Both the position numbers and the translations under genes were made by a program. Below, piece after piece: positions 11,626-24,940 of a stretch of 64,000 bases of DNA (its first letter is position 1; each line of letters opens with the position of its first letter). The stretch lies in NCBI RefSeq assembly GCF_030028105.1, contig NC_092374.1:79866948-79930947 (forward strand), in the 5' to 3' direction. The stretch comes from Mobula birostris (lineage: Eukaryota). The notes under the pieces were generated by a model. The model saw only the letters and a program-made list of their open reading frames with translations, had not been told where the DNA came from and did not search any database.

Positions 11626-13469
11626 GAATCTGAAGTTCTAGTTTTAGAGCTCTCTACACAGGGGAAAGAATGTGAGGGCCAGCTAATTGATACCCCTAAT
11701 GATTTTATACACCTCTATATGGTCAGCTCACAGCCCTCAGCCTCCTCTGCTGCAGGGAAAACAGTCATGGCCTATCCAGTCTCTCCTCATAACTCAGACC
11801 CTCCGGTGCCAGTTGCATCCTCGTGAATCATTTCATTTGGTCTGACTCAGTCATGCTGGGCACGCCATCCAGCTCTGCATTTGGCCACCTCTACATCCTT
11901 CATCTATGTTCGCAATCTCTCACTGTTCCCATTTATATCCTGGCCCAGATCATCTTGCTGAAGGCTGATAGAGTCATAGAAAAGTACAGCACAGAAACAG
12001 GCCCCTTGGCCCATCTAGTCTGTGCCAAAGCATTTAACTGCCTACTCCCATTTCTCTGGTTTTGACTCCTCAGAGACATTCCCCCCAACAAACCACCTGC
12101 ATCTTCTTTTGTCTCTTAGCCTGTCCTAAAATAGGGTCTTCAACTGAAAGTGATGAGTCTGCTTCTCCGCACCCCACCCCCTGCCCCCATGGATGCTTCC
12201 TGCCCTGCTGAGTGTACCCAAACACTCCCAGACACACTACATTTTAGACCTTTTAGGCCAGACTTGGAATTCTCTAGTCCCTCCAGGGTATTGTTACCTC
12301 CCAGCATCTTACAGCTAATGAGGACAATTAGGAAGTGCAGTGGCTACTTTATACACAACGATCTAGCCTCACACCATTGGTAGAAGAATCACTGAGAAAC
12401 AGCAGAAGTAGAATAGCTCTGTCTCCCAGGTGAACCATAGTGAAACACCAGCGTTCAGCCTACAGGATTGACCCTAACCTCCCTGTAACCTGTCACTAGA
12501 ATTCTCTGTCACACTCCCCCTCTGACTTAGCACTGCCTCCAGTACCCTTACAACGAGGCTCAGTGCAAGATGGGAGGGATCCTTGATTATGTTGGCTGCT
12601 TTCCAGAGCTAGTAGGAGCAGCAGATTCCAGAATCAGAATTCAAAATCAGTTTTAATATCACTGACCTAGATTATGTTGTGAAATTTGTTGTTTGGCAGC
12701 AGCATTACACTGAAGGGGCTGTTGTTGATCAGGGTCAAACATACTGTAGATGTTGCGTCGCAGCTGTCTACGCAATACACAAACCAGGACAGTAGGATAT
12801 GGAGAGCAAGCTGTAGCCCAAGTAGCAGGTGCCCCCTCTCCACACAGCTGATGAATCCAAAGGAATGGCAGAGACCCATACAGTTTGGCACCAGCAGTGT
12901 CGCAGGAGTTGCCAGTCAGCATTGAACTCAACATAGGACAGCCTTAGGGACTCCAGATCCTTTCTGATACCATCAAAATTGTCCTTCCTCCAATTTAGAA
13001 TCTCAACCCGCGGACCAGACCTATCATTTTCCATACTTACTGTGAAACCAATAGCGTTGTGGTCACTAGATGCAACGTGTTCCCAATACACAAACTCCTG
13101 TCACTCACCTTAATAGCAGATCAAGTGTTGCACACTCTCTCATTGAGACCTCTTTGTACTGATTAAGGAAATATTCCTGAATACATTTGACAAACTCTAT
13201 CCCATCTTGTCTTTTTACAGAATGGGAGTCCTATCTTGCAAGCATTTGCAGAGGAATAAAAAAGAAATAGAATGAAATTTTATGAAAAAATATATAAAGG
13301 AAGACTGGCAAACACCAATGTACAAAAGAAGATAAACCCTCATGTCTGCCTATTTCAGCTTCATTTTTGATGACACTACCCCAAGTCCATGGAGCTCAGC
13401 TACACAACCATCCCCACCATGTAGATTGAACTCATTGACACAGCCAGCCCCAGCAATAACTTGGCCTCC

Positions 13470-13920
13470 AGAGTTGTCTGTGACAATGAATTCAACAGAT
13501 TTACCATCCTATGGCTAAAGAAATTCCTCCTCATCTCTGTTCTAAGGGAATATCCTTCTCTTCTGAGGCGGTCTTAGAATCCCTGAGTGTAGGAAACATC
13601 CTCTTCATATCCACTCTAATTAGACTGTTCAATAATCGATAGGTTTCAGTGAGATCCTCCTTGTTTCTTTAAACTTCAGTGAGCCCAGGCACAGAGTCAT
13701 CAAATGCCGACATTAATTTCTGGAATCATTCTCATGATCTTGCTCTGGACCCTCTCCAATGTCAGCACATCCTTTCTTAGATAAGGGGCCCCAACCTGCT
13801 CACAATACCCCAAGTGCGGTCTGACCAATGCCTTATGAAGCCCCAGCATTGCAACCTTACTTTTATAATCTAGTCCTCTCAAAATGAATGCTAACATTGT
13901 ATTTGTCTTCCCAACCAACA
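13470..13920 (-). mobile_element. CR1 LINE 3' fragment
   Basis: ORF 13700-13921 (ALVRPHLGYCEQVGAPYLRKDVLTLERVQ). Confidence 0.8.
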
Positions 13921-14499
13921 CTGAGATATTCTGCTCTACCTAGTCCAGAAATACTCTTTACTTGAAGTGAATTTGCTTAGAGTGTTTCACACAATGGTTC
14001 TGAAGTATAGAGGGATATTGGTGTCCAAGTCTGTCATTCACTGGAAAGTAGCTACGCAATTGGATGAAGTAGCAAAGTTGCATACTCACCTTTATGGTCG
14101 GGCTGTTGAGCAGGAGAATAAGGAATTGGTGCAACTGCTATATGAAACATTGTTCAAACCACACAAAGTATTGTGTGCAATTCTGATTGCTGTCATTATA
14201 GAAAGTAAGTGGAGAGTGTACAGAAGAATTTCGCAAGGATGCCGGCTGGGCTTGCCCAGATACATTTCCTAAAGTTCATTCATCTTATGTTCCTCTGGTA
14301 AGACTATCTACCTTAAGAAGTCCATCCCTCTAGGCCCACATTAAGGCAGTCCAAGTTAATATTGGGGAGGTTGAAATTTCTACTGCCTTTGTTTTTCTGT
14401 GAGATTTACCCTCATATTCCTTATCTCCTGTTGACTATTAGAACTTTAGTATATTTTCTCATCGCAGATTTCTGCTTCCATGAGCTCCCTCTGAGATAC

Positions 14500-14675
14500 A
14501 AGAGGTACTGCAGATGTTGGATGTCTAGAGCAAGACACACAATGCGCTGGAGGAGCTCAACAGGTCAGGCAGCACCTATGGATGGGAGTTGACATTCAAA
14601 ATGTTGACTGTTTATTCCCATTCACAGAAGCTGCCTGATCTGCTGAGCTCCTCCAGCGTGTTGTGTGTATTGCTT
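14500..14675. mobile_element. Penelope-like element end remnant in inverted (hairpin) arrangement
   Basis: GCTGGAGGAGCTCAACAGGTCAGGCAGC ... GCTGCCTGATCTGCTGAGCTCCTCCAGC inverted pair; the same family motif recurs at ~2410, 15460, 25590, 30430, 30750, 39170, 43510, 48700, 58795. Confidence 0.6.
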
Positions 14676-15692
14676 CCTCTGGGATAACCTGCAGTTAATG
14701 TTGTAAGGTACATCCTCTGTTATGCAGTCCCTGTTCCTCCTGAAGGTTCATTCCCTTGTAATGTTGAGCTGTCAGTCCTGCATTCCTTAAACTACATCAC
14801 TGTCGAACCAACAATATCATGTACCTGAATTCTCGACTTTCATCTGCTTACTTGTCAGGCTCTTTTCATCCAATTTAACCTTGTACTCCTCCCAAACGTT
14901 AATGCCCATGTCTGTTCCACCTCCTGCACAGACTTACATTTCTTTCTGTATTGGGCTGCACATCCACCCAATGCATATTTGCTGTGTGTCACATTCCACT
15001 GTGACTTAAACCCTCCAGCAGCAATGCTTCCTGGAAGCATGTTGGACCCATTCCAGGTCAGGTGAAATATATACAGTTAGTTCTAATTAATCCCTGACTG
15101 TTGCTAACCTGAAGAGAAGTGGTTTAGCAGGTTCTATGTATCCGATTGACTCAGCTGGCAGAATTTAGACCATAAGACTTTAGACATAGGAGCAGAATTA
15201 GGCCATTTGGCCCATCAAGTCTGCTCCACTATTCCATCATGGCTGAATTATTATCCCTCTCAAACCCATTCTCCTGCCTTCTCCCCATAAACTTTGACAC
15301 ACTGACTAATCAATAATTTTCTTCACACACGAAAAATGGTCTTTGCAGAAGTAGCACTGTTGGTCCACTTGCTACTGAAGGAGATTGAGTAGCTTGTAGT
15401 TTTGTGCTGTGGGGAAAGGTCTCTGACCAAAAACATGAGCAACACAGAAAATACTACAGAAACTCAGCATGTCAGGCAGCATCTATGGAGGGGAATAAAC
15501 AGTCAATGTTTGGAGTCCTCCCAAACTGGGCAGCTTAAAGTGAAGCTGGAAGACACCTGGCACAAAATGACAGTGGAGACGTTTCTTTAATCAAACACAG
15601 ATCCCTTGGATCCTTGCTGGGACCTAAAACATTAACCCTGTTTCTCTCTGTACAGATTCTGACTGACCTGCTGAGTATTTCCAGAACCCATG

Positions 15693-16636
15693 TGTGACGA
15701 AAGAGGGTTACAAAAAGTACACATAGATTAAGATGTTAACTGTCCTGTGCTGGCACCAGTGGGATCAACAGTTGATCTGCCACCTGTCCTCAGGAGAAAG
15801 AGAGATAAATAAGACAATGGAGCAGCATTTGGAGATGTTAATGAAGAGACGAGAGAGTTTAACGGAAGGAGACACCAGTCTGGGTATAGTCAAGATCGGC
15901 TCCATTTGAACCCTGAACTGTTTGAAGTGTGATGGACAGGTGATACCCCAGCAGGGGGATAAAAAGGGACAGGTTCGCTAAGGCAGGAGACACACGACAC
16001 CACGAGGTAACGAGACCCTGGAAGCAGTGCGCCTCCCACAAGTCGGTGGGAGTTTTTGGAGGGCTGGTCGCGGGACCAAGCCAGAGACGTACAGGGTGGA
16101 AAGGTACAATCGGCGGGAACCTGGTGTGTGTCCACCCTTGCCTGGGTGCTGGGTTCATCACTGAGGAACGATCATATCTGAAACAGAGGGGTCACAGTCG
16201 GTGACCTCAGAAGACATTACAAAGGGCTCGCCTGAAAGCTGACTGCGAGGAATATCGAAGGTCTGTGTGGAAGCCGTTTTGAATATTCATTCGCTTTCGC
16301 CCTCTCTCTCCTCCCACCCACCCCCCCCCCCCCCCGCCCGTCCACTGGCACGGCAGTGATTACTGTGAACTGAACTGAACACAATTGAACTGAACTTTGA
16401 GTCACTTTGAAACTGGTCATTTACCCCTAGACGACGATAGAGCTTGATTGATCCTATTATCCTAGTTCTGTGTACATGTGTATTTATCATTGCTGAACTG
16501 TTGTATTTATTATCCTTTTGATTAGAGTACTGTGTTGCTATTTCTTTAATAAAACTTTCTTAGTTCCAGTAATCCAGACTCCAACTGAGTGATCCATTTC
16601 TGCTGGTTTGGCAACCCAGTTACGGGGTACGTAACA
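15693..16636 (+). repeat. 5' LTR (944 bp)
   Basis: TG...CA termini, C-rich tract ~16312-16340, (TGAAC)n, AATAAA near the 3' end; roughly 30 differences from the 3' LTR by eye, mostly CpG transitions. Confidence 0.95.
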
Positions 16637-16640
16637 TAAG

Positions 16641-16659
16641 TGGGGTTCTCGTCCGCGAT
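16641..16659 (+). promoter_or_regulatory. Primer-binding site, tRNA-Pro-like
   Basis: TGGGGTTCTCGTCCGCGAT vs tRNA-Pro complement TGGGGGCTCGTCCGGGAT, 4 nt after the LTR. Confidence 0.75.
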
Positions 16660-16734
16660 TTTGAACGCTAAATTTGGGATGCAGTAATTGATTGGGTTAA
16701 AATTCCCAAAAGAAAGAAAAGGCAAACAGCAGAA

Positions 16735-18859
16735 ATGGAGATTGAGGAATTTCTAAAGGCGCCGACCTTGCAGGCATTAGAGGATGCCAGGAAAGCGGAA
16801 TTGGCGGCTGTGGCCAAACGGTTGAATCTTGTTAAGGGGAAGTCGACAATGAGGAGAGAGGAGATACACAGAGCTATCGTAGAGCACTATGTATCTAAAG
16901 GTGTGTTTCCCCAAGGGGAGCTGGAGGTGGTGTCTATTGAAAAACCTGCTGGAGACACGGTACAGGTGCAGCTTGAAAAACTGAAACTCGAGCACGAGTT
17001 CCGGGTACGACAGCTAGAACACGAAACGAAAGAGAAGCAGAGGGAAAGGGAATTTGAGCTGGAGAAGTTAAAGATGATGGCAGAGCAGGGGCCCGTGCCG
17101 AACCAAGGTGGAGGGTTCAGGGCGACCCAGGAGGTTAGGCTGGTTCCCCCATTTGACGATACCGACGTGGATCGGTACTTTCTCCATTTCGAAAAAGTTG
17201 CTGCAAGTCAGGACTGGCCGAGGGATAAGTGGGCTGTTTTGTTTCAGAGTGTACTTAAAGGAAAAGCCCAACAAGCTTACTCAGCTTTGTCCGCAGAAGA
17301 TGCCCAGAGGTATGAGGTGGTGAAAGAGGCCATCCTCAGGATTTTTGAGTTGATCCCGGGGGCATATCGGCAGAGGTTCCGGAATGCGAGGAAGCAGTGG
17401 GACCGCACGTATTTAGAGTTTGCCTGTGAAATGCAGACATATTGTGAGCGTTGGTGCACCTCGAAGGGGGGTGGATGGGGATTATGACAGACTGCTACAG
17501 CTGATCCTGATTGAGTTTAAAGGTTGTGTCCCTGAAGGTATGAGATCCTACCTAGATGAGAAAGAGGCAGCCACGTTAGCCGCAACTGCTAAATTAGCGG
17601 ATGAGTATGCGTTGACGCATAAAATGAAGTTTGTCCCGAGTAAAGGCTACCAGAAGGGTAGTCAGGACGGCGGGGAGCGTCCGCCAGAAAAGTCAGAAAG
17701 TAAGCCGGGGACTAGTGAGAAGGATAAGGTAGACCGGGAGCAGTCTGGTAGGAAGTCTCCTGGGGTCGTCTGTTATAATTGTGGGAAAGCCGGACACTTT
17801 GCGTCCAGGTGCTTTGCCCCAAAGAAGGAGATGGGAAAAGGAAAAACGGCGATTTTGACTGGCTGTATCGAGCTGGTAAATGAACCGCTAGGAGAGGAAA
17901 GGTCTGCCAAAGTTCAGGAAGGGTGCGAGAGGTTTATCTCGGCCAGATTGGTGTCGGTGAAGGAGGGGTTAAACCCAGTTCCAGTGCGGATCTGGAGAGA
18001 CAAGGGAGCATGTCAGTCATTGATATTGAAGAGTGTATTAGAGTTTAGTTCAGAGACCCAGACTGGGGAGGTCAAGGTCAAAGGTATTGGGGAAGGGACA
18101 GAGGCAGTCCCTTTGCACCAGGTACACCTACAAAGCAACTTGGTCTCTGGACTAGTCACGAGCGGGGTGAGGTCCGAATTACCGATGAAAGGCGTGGAAG
18201 TCTTACTCGGTAATGACCTCACGGGGGAAATTGTGTTCCCAGCCATGAGATTGACAAGTCAGCCTGCCAGCATTGAGGCCCCGCCCATGGACTCGCAGGT
18301 TTATCCCGTTTGTGCAGTAACTCAGCGGATGTCGAGGAAGGCTGCAGAGGCTGATATAAAGTTAGCTGAGACGTTTCTCCCAGCCTTGTACGAGGAGGGG
18401 GTAGAAAGTGAAAAGAAGGAACGTAATGAAACAGGAGGAAGTGGGGAAATTAAGGTAGATTTATCATTAGAAAAGAAGGACTTTATACAGGCACAGGGGC
18501 GAGACGAGGAAACAGCTCGCTGTGAAACAGAGTTAGGAAGAGAGCTAGTGGGCTATGGTATGAAGGGGGAAGTGCTAAGGAAGGAAGGGAGACCAAGTAC
18601 CGCAGATGAGGAATGGGGGATGGTGCCAAAAATCTCTGGGGATGAGATTTTTAACCTGGCCCACAAGGTACCCCTCAGTGGAGCTTCTGAGGTGCTGAAG
18701 GAAACAGTTGGCGGAATCATGAAAGAGGTTTACTGGCTGCACAGGAGGAAGGATATTATTGATTATGGCAGACGCGAACTGAGACGGTCACAGGCTTTTG
18801 ATATGCTAACAAACCTAGTCGGTGTTAGCGCGGAAATCAATGAAGCTAGGGTCCCCTGA
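16735..18859 (+). pseudogene. Gag (SCAN-like CA, CCHC NC) + protease + integrase Zn-finger remnant; +1 frameshift at G6 run 17466-17471
   Basis: VPPFDDTDVDRYFLHFEK..W..LKGKAQQAY..YRQRFR (Gmr1/SCAN capsid); CYNCGKAGHFASRC; protease motif mutated RDKGA (normally RDTGA) with LLGNDL; EIFNLAHKVPLSG..IMKEVYW. Confidence 0.85.
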
Positions 18860-19619
18860 TAAGAAAAAAAACCATTTTGAAAAGATAGGTATGGTATCGA
18901 CCAGATGGGAGAAGGGTATTGTTTTGGCCAGCTCTGCTGATAAGGTCTCTCCCTTAATCCCCGAACAAAGCGACTCTTTAGGAGAAATAATTAAACGGCT
19001 CGCACACGTGTGTTTGATTGTCCCGAGGCGATGCAAAGAACTGGGACGTTGGGTGGTGTTTGTCACACTAGGTAAGCCTAGTGAGCAACAACCCTATAGA
19101 ATGAGTAATTCAGTGACGAAAGGGCTAACAAACACATAAGTGTATATTGGCAATGTAATACGGCTGTCTGAAGCCAGCTTGATAACGAACCTTGAAAAAA
19201 ATGAGTTTGGCCACACGAAGGTCACTTATATCTGGGAATTGTGGTAACACAGGGGCAGCTGGCAGCGATGCAAGCTAAGGTGCAGGCTATCTCTGACATC
19301 CCAACCCCGACAGACAAGAGGGCCCTCAGAAGGCTCTTGGAGATGGTGGGGTACTGTAGGAAGTTTTGCAATAACTCTGCGGTTACTACTCCTCCCCCTC
19401 CTACTAAGCCCTTGCGAGAGAAAACTAAGTCGGGATGGGACGACCCTTGTTATCGTGGTCCGGGACGAAACCCAGTGAGAGGTTACACTGATCACAATTC
19501 ATCAGTGTTTTCGGCCACTATGAAGTTGCTAAATTGGAGCCTGGTTTAGGGGATTATTAAAAATTACACATATAAAAGGAATGGAAAATGTGATTGCTGA
19601 CTGTCTGTCAAGGTGTTGA
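18822..19619 (+). pseudogene. Skeleton RT/RNase H remnant
   Basis: Islands QQPYRM, VYIGNVI (YIDD site), RLSEASLITNLEKNEF..VTY, AKVQAISDIPTP..LRRLLEMVGYCRKF, YTDHN, HIKGMENVIADCLSR*. Confidence 0.85.
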
Positions 19620-19736
19620 CAACTTAAAATTCTCTGTATTAGCCAAATAGCTGATGAAGATGTATATTTGTGTGTATCTAATAATGTATTCATGTTTGTA
19701 ATTTTTACCCCGGTAAAAATCCTTAAAGGTGAGGGG

Positions 19737-20677
19737 TGTGACGAAAGAAGGTTACAAAAAGTACACATAGATTAAGATGTTAACTGTCCTGTGCTGGCAC
19801 CAGTGGGATCAACAGTTGATCTGCCACCTGTCTTCAGGAGAGAGAGATAAATAAGACAATGGAGCAGCATTTGGAAATGTTAATGAAGAGACAAGAGAGT
19901 TTAACGGAAGGAGACACCGGTCTGGGTATAGTCAAGATCGGCTCCATTTGAACCCTGAACTGTTTGAAGTGTGATGGACAGGTGATACCCCAGCAGGGGG
20001 ATAAAAAGGGACAGGTTCGCTAAGGCAGGAGACACACGACACCACGAGGTAACGAGACCCTGGAAGCAGTGCGCCTCCCACAAGTTGGTGGGAGTTTTTG
20101 GAGGGCTGGTCACGGGACCAAGCCAGAGACGCACAGGGTGGAAAGGTACAATCGGCAGGAACCTGGTGTGTGTCCGCCCTTGCCTGGGTGCCAGGTTCAC
20201 CGCTGAGGAACGATCGTATCTGAAACGGAGGGGTCACAGTCGGTGACCTCAGAAGACATTACAAAGGGCTCGCCCGAAAGCTGACTGCAAGGAATATCGA
20301 AGGTCTGTGTGGAAGCCGTTTTGAATATTCATTCGCTTTTGCCCTCTCTCTCCTACCCGCCCCCCCCCCCCCCCCCACCGTCCACCGGCACGGCAGTGAT
20401 TACTGTGAACTGAACTGAACTCAATTGAACTGAACTTTGCGTCACTTTGAAACTGGTCATTTACCCCTAGACGATGATAGAGCTTGATTGATCCTATTAT
20501 CCTAGTTCTGTGTACATGTGTGTTTATCATTGCTGAACTGTTGTATTTATTATCCTTTTGATTAGAGTACTGTGTTGCTTATTTCTTTAATAAAACTTTC
20601 TTAGTTCCAGTAATCCAGACTCCAACTGAGTGATCCATTTCTGCTGGTTTGGCAACCCAGTTACGGGGTACGTAACA
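19737..20677 (+). repeat. 3' LTR (941 bp), preceded by PPT AAAGGTGAGGGG at 19725-19736
   Basis: Direct repeat of 15693-16636. Confidence 0.95.
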
Positions 20678-21169
20678 CATGTCAGAGGCAGCTCAGTTCA
20701 GCTGCAATGAAGGGGAGTAAGGGTCCAACAGCTCCACCATGGACGGTCCCAAGCCCGCCTGTGAACAGAGTAGGGTTGGGCAAGGGTCTAGCAACCCCAT
20801 TCTATAAAAACAGAAATGGCAACAGAAGCTACAAAGATCTCATCTCAAGGAGAGGAAGGACCTTTGCCAAGAAGATGTATGAAGTCGTGTGGTGAAAGCG
20901 GAGGCCACGGGGCTGATCAACCTTCAGCCAAGGACCGAGGACTCTGGCGAGCTGCTGTTGTGGCCTATGTCCCAGCAGCGGTGATGGGCTGAAGAAGAAG
21001 GGTGATCTCAAGGGGTGCAGGAACGGTTCACTGCAGGTTTTGGGATAAGGGCATTCAGTGGAACTGGATGGAGAAGGCAAGATTTATCAGTCTGTTTGGG
21101 ATGTCATTTAACATGGAACATAGAACATAGCACAATGCAGGAACAAGTTCTATGGCCCACGATGTTCTG

Positions 21170-22620
21170 GGTAGTGGCGTCCCTGATGATGGATGCTGCT
21201 TGGTTGCAACAATGTTTCATGTAGATGTGCTCAGTGTGGGGAGGGGTTTACCCGTGATGGACTGGGCCGTATCGACGACTGACCAGAGGATTGTCTATTC
21301 AAGGGCATTAGTGTTTCCGTACCAGGCTGTGGTGAAACCAGTTAGCATACTCTCCCCTACACAGCTATAGAAGATGGTCAAAGTTTTAGATGTCATGCAG
21401 AATCTCACTAACTCCTAGGGAAGTAGAGGCACTGCTGTGCTTTCTTTGTAATCACACTTACATGCTGGGCCCAGGACATGTCTTCTGAAATAATAACACT
21501 TAAGGAATTTGAAGATGCTGTCCTCCTCTGCCTCTGATCATCCAGTGAGGACTGGCTCATGGACCTTTGGTTTCTTTCTTGAAGCCAATTATCAGCTCCC
21601 TGGTTTTGCTGACATTGGCTGGGGGGTTGTTGTTGTGACATTCAACCAGACTCACCACCTTTGATGACAGTGGTGTCATCAGCAAACTTGTATATGGCAT
21701 AAGAGCTGTGCTGAGCCACACAGTCATAAGTGTAACGTGAGTAGAGCAGGGGGCTAAGCGCACAGCCCTGTGGTGCACCTGTGCTGATGGAGATCATGGA
21801 GGAGATGTTGATGCCAATCTGAACTGACTGAGGTCTGCAAGTGAGGAAGTTGAAGATCCAATTGCACAGCGAGGTATTGAGGCCAAGGCCTTGGAGCTTA
21901 TTGATTAGTTTTGATTGGATGATAGTATTGAATGCCGAGCTGTAGTGGATAAAACTCATCCTGACTATGCATCTACACTGTCCAGATGTTCCAGGGTTGA
22001 GTGAAAAGCCACTGAGATGGCACCTGCTGTGGACCTGTAGGCAAATTAGAGTGGTCTAAGTTGCTTCTCTGGCAGGAGTTGGTATGTTTCATTACCAACC
22101 TCTTAAAACATTTTAACACTTCTGCTGTAAGTGCTACTGGGCAATAGTCATTGAGGCAGGTCACCACTCTCTTCTTGGGCACTGCTAGAATCAAAGCCTG
22201 ACAGAAGCCAGTGAGTACCTCAGACTGCTGAAGTAAGATGTTAAAGATCTCAGTGAACTCTCCACCCAGTTAATCCAATCAAGTCTTTAGTACTTGGCTA
22301 GGTACCCCGTCTGGGCTGGATACTTTTCGTAGGTTCACCCTCCTGAAGGCTGCCTCAGACACTGAAATCACAGGATCTTCAGGTGCTGTGGGAGCTTGTC
22401 ATGGTTCTTCCATGTTTGGACAGTCAAAGCAAACATAGAAGGCATTGAGCTCATCTGGAAGCAAAGCCCTGTTGTCACCTATGTTGTTTGATTTAACTTT
22501 ATAAGGGATGATAACATTCAAGCCCTGCCACAAATGTTCAGCATCATTCATTGATTCAGGTTTAGTCTGGAATTGCCACTTTGTCTATGAGACGGCTTTG
22601 TGGAGATTGTACCTGGACCT
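21170..22620 (-). mobile_element. Rex/Babar-type LINE RT fragment (continues at ~23200-23420 and ~24945-25090)
   Basis: ORFs with [40 protein letters not shown]. Confidence 0.85.
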
Positions 22621-23420
22621 ATATTTCATTAGGATGTTAAGGAGGTTTGGTTTGTCACCTAAAACACTCAAAAACTTCTACAGATATACCGTGGAGAGCA
22701 TTCTGACAGGCTACATCATTGCCTCATATGGGGGGGGCGGGGTGCTACTGCACAGGACCAAAAGAAGCTACAGAAAGTTAGTCAGCTGGTTACTCACCTC
22801 CATAGTATCCAAGACGTCTTCAAGGAGCAGTGTCTCAGAAAGGCGCATCCATTATTAAGAACCCCAAACATCCAGGTCACGGCCTCTTCTCACTGTTACC
22901 TTCAGGAAGGAGGTACAGAAGCCTGAAGGCACACACTCAGCAATTCAGGAACAGCTACTTCCCCTCTACCATCTGATTTCTGAATGGACATTGAACTCAT
23001 GAACACTACCTCATTTTTTATATATATATATATATTATTTATGTTTTTGGACTGTTTAAAATTTAATATACATGTATATACTTACTGTAATTGATTTACT
23101 TATTTACTTTTATCTCTATTATTATGCATTGCATTGTACTGCTGCCGCTAAGTTTACAAATTTCATGACATATTCCGGTGATATTAAACCTGATTCTGAC
23201 TCTTGTAACTTCTTTTGTCACCAGACCTGAACACCTTTGATCTGGCTTTCAGCAGATTGTGGGTCATTGTTTATCCAGGGCTTCTGATTGGGGAAAACTC
23301 AGAATGTTTTTGTGGGAATACATTCGCCTACAACTACTTTAATAAAGTCCATTACAATCATGGTATATTCGTTCAGATCCACAGATGAGTCCTCAAACAC
23401 AGCCCAGTCCATTGACTCAA

Positions 23421-24940
23421 GTTTAGATTTAAATCCTTTTCAGAAAGGTGTAATAGGAACCATTTTTTTAAATTATGAGAACACCCAGTCCTCGTTTATT
23501 GTCGTTTAGAAATGCATATATGCATCAAGAAATGATACAATGCTCCTCCAGAATGATATCACAGAAACACAGGACAAACCAAAGACTAACACTGACAGAA
23601 CCACATAATTATAACATATAGTTACAGCAGTGCAAAACAATACCATAATTTGATAAAGAACAGACCATGGGCATGGTAAAAAAAAGTCTCGAAGTTCCAA
23701 GACGATCGACTGCCGAGTCCCAGATAGCAGGCGGCAAAGGGAGAAACTCCCTGCCATAAACCTCCAGGCACCAGCAACTGCCAATGCATTGGAAGCACCT
23801 GACAACAGCCGACACTGAACCTGTCCGTCCGAAAGCTTCGAGCCTCCGACCAGTCCCTCCAATACAGCCTCCCGAGTGCCATCCTCTGCCGAGCGCCTTC
23901 GACCTCGTCCCGGCCGCTGAAACAAGCAAAGCCGAGGATTTGGGGCCTTCTCCTCTGGAGATTCCAGACCACACAGTAACAGCGGCAGCGAAGTGGGCAT
24001 TTCAGAAGTTTCTCCAGATGTTCCTCCATACTCTCACGTCTGTCTCCATCAAATCAGAATTGTGCACGGTTCCCTACTTGACAAATAACAGACATCACCA
24101 CAGAAGTGGCCGTGTGCACTGCGTCGCACTGCCATCTCTCCTCCTCCTCTACAACTATATATAATTATGAAAATACGTCCAGACTTATCTAATAAAATTA
24201 AGAATGATTGGGAAAGGGAACTTAAGCTTACTTTACCTATAGAAAAATGGGAAAAAAATCTTCAATTAGTTAATTCTTCATTTATATGTGCTAAACATGC
24301 ACTGATACAGTTTAAAGTAGTACATAGGGCCCATATGTCTAAAGGTAAACTAGCTCGTTATTACTCTCACATAAATCGTGTATGTGATAGATGTCACTCT
24401 GAGGTAGCTTCTTTAACTCATATGTTTTGGTCATGTCCTCTTTTGAAAAAAATATTGGAAAGATATCTTTGATATTATTTCAACTGTTCTGAGTATTGAT
24501 TTACAACCTCACCCTATTACTGCAATTTTTGGTCTACCAATGATAGAACAAAATCATTTCACCTCTTCAGCTCGTCGGATGATTGCATTTGTTACATTAA
24601 TGTCTAGAAGATCCATTTTGCTGAATTGGAAAGAGATTAATCCTCCCACCACATTTCATTGGTTCCCTCAAATTATGTTGTGTTTAAATTTAGAAAAAAT
24701 TAGAAGTGTTATTCATGATCCTTCTATTAAATTCGAAAAGACTTGGAGGCCATTTAGTTAACACTTCCATATGATGTAATTTGACCTTCTCCAAACCTAT
24801 TCTATTATTATTAAATATATGGAGAGAGGAGCGGAGTTAATGACACTAATGGTCCTATCTGATGTAACACAGTAGCCATGTCTTTTTCTTTTCTTTAGTT
24901 TAGTTGATTAGTATTAGTATTGTTTAGATTAGTGTTTTTT
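23421..24940 (+). mobile_element. L1/Tx1-clade ORF2 C-terminal fragment carrying a ~690-bp minus-strand repeat insertion (~23462-24150)
   Basis: WERELK..IQFKVVHR..CDRCHSEVASLTHMFWSCP (zf-RVT CCHC) and ILLNWK..LNLEKI..W are typical of L1 ORF2 ends. Confidence 0.8.

Larger units (their letters stand above)
15693..20677 (+). mobile_element. Full-length non-autonomous Gmr1-like Gypsy LTR retrotransposon
   Basis: Two ~940-bp LTRs (TGTGA...TAACA); 4-bp TSD CATG at 15689-15692 and 20678-20681; PBS and PPT present; gag with SCAN-like capsid and CCHC knuckle; pol remnants in the order PR-IN-RT-RH. Confidence 0.95.

Noticed and set aside
17466-17471. Programmed ribosomal frameshift in gag
   Set aside because: It is a +1 shift in a G6 run in the middle of the capsid domain, not at a gag/pol boundary; a mutation or homopolymer error is more likely.
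23506-24164. 120-164 aa ORFs as a host gene
   Set aside because: They lie inside a GC-rich repeat inserted in an L1 fragment and are open in several frames with no recognisable domain.
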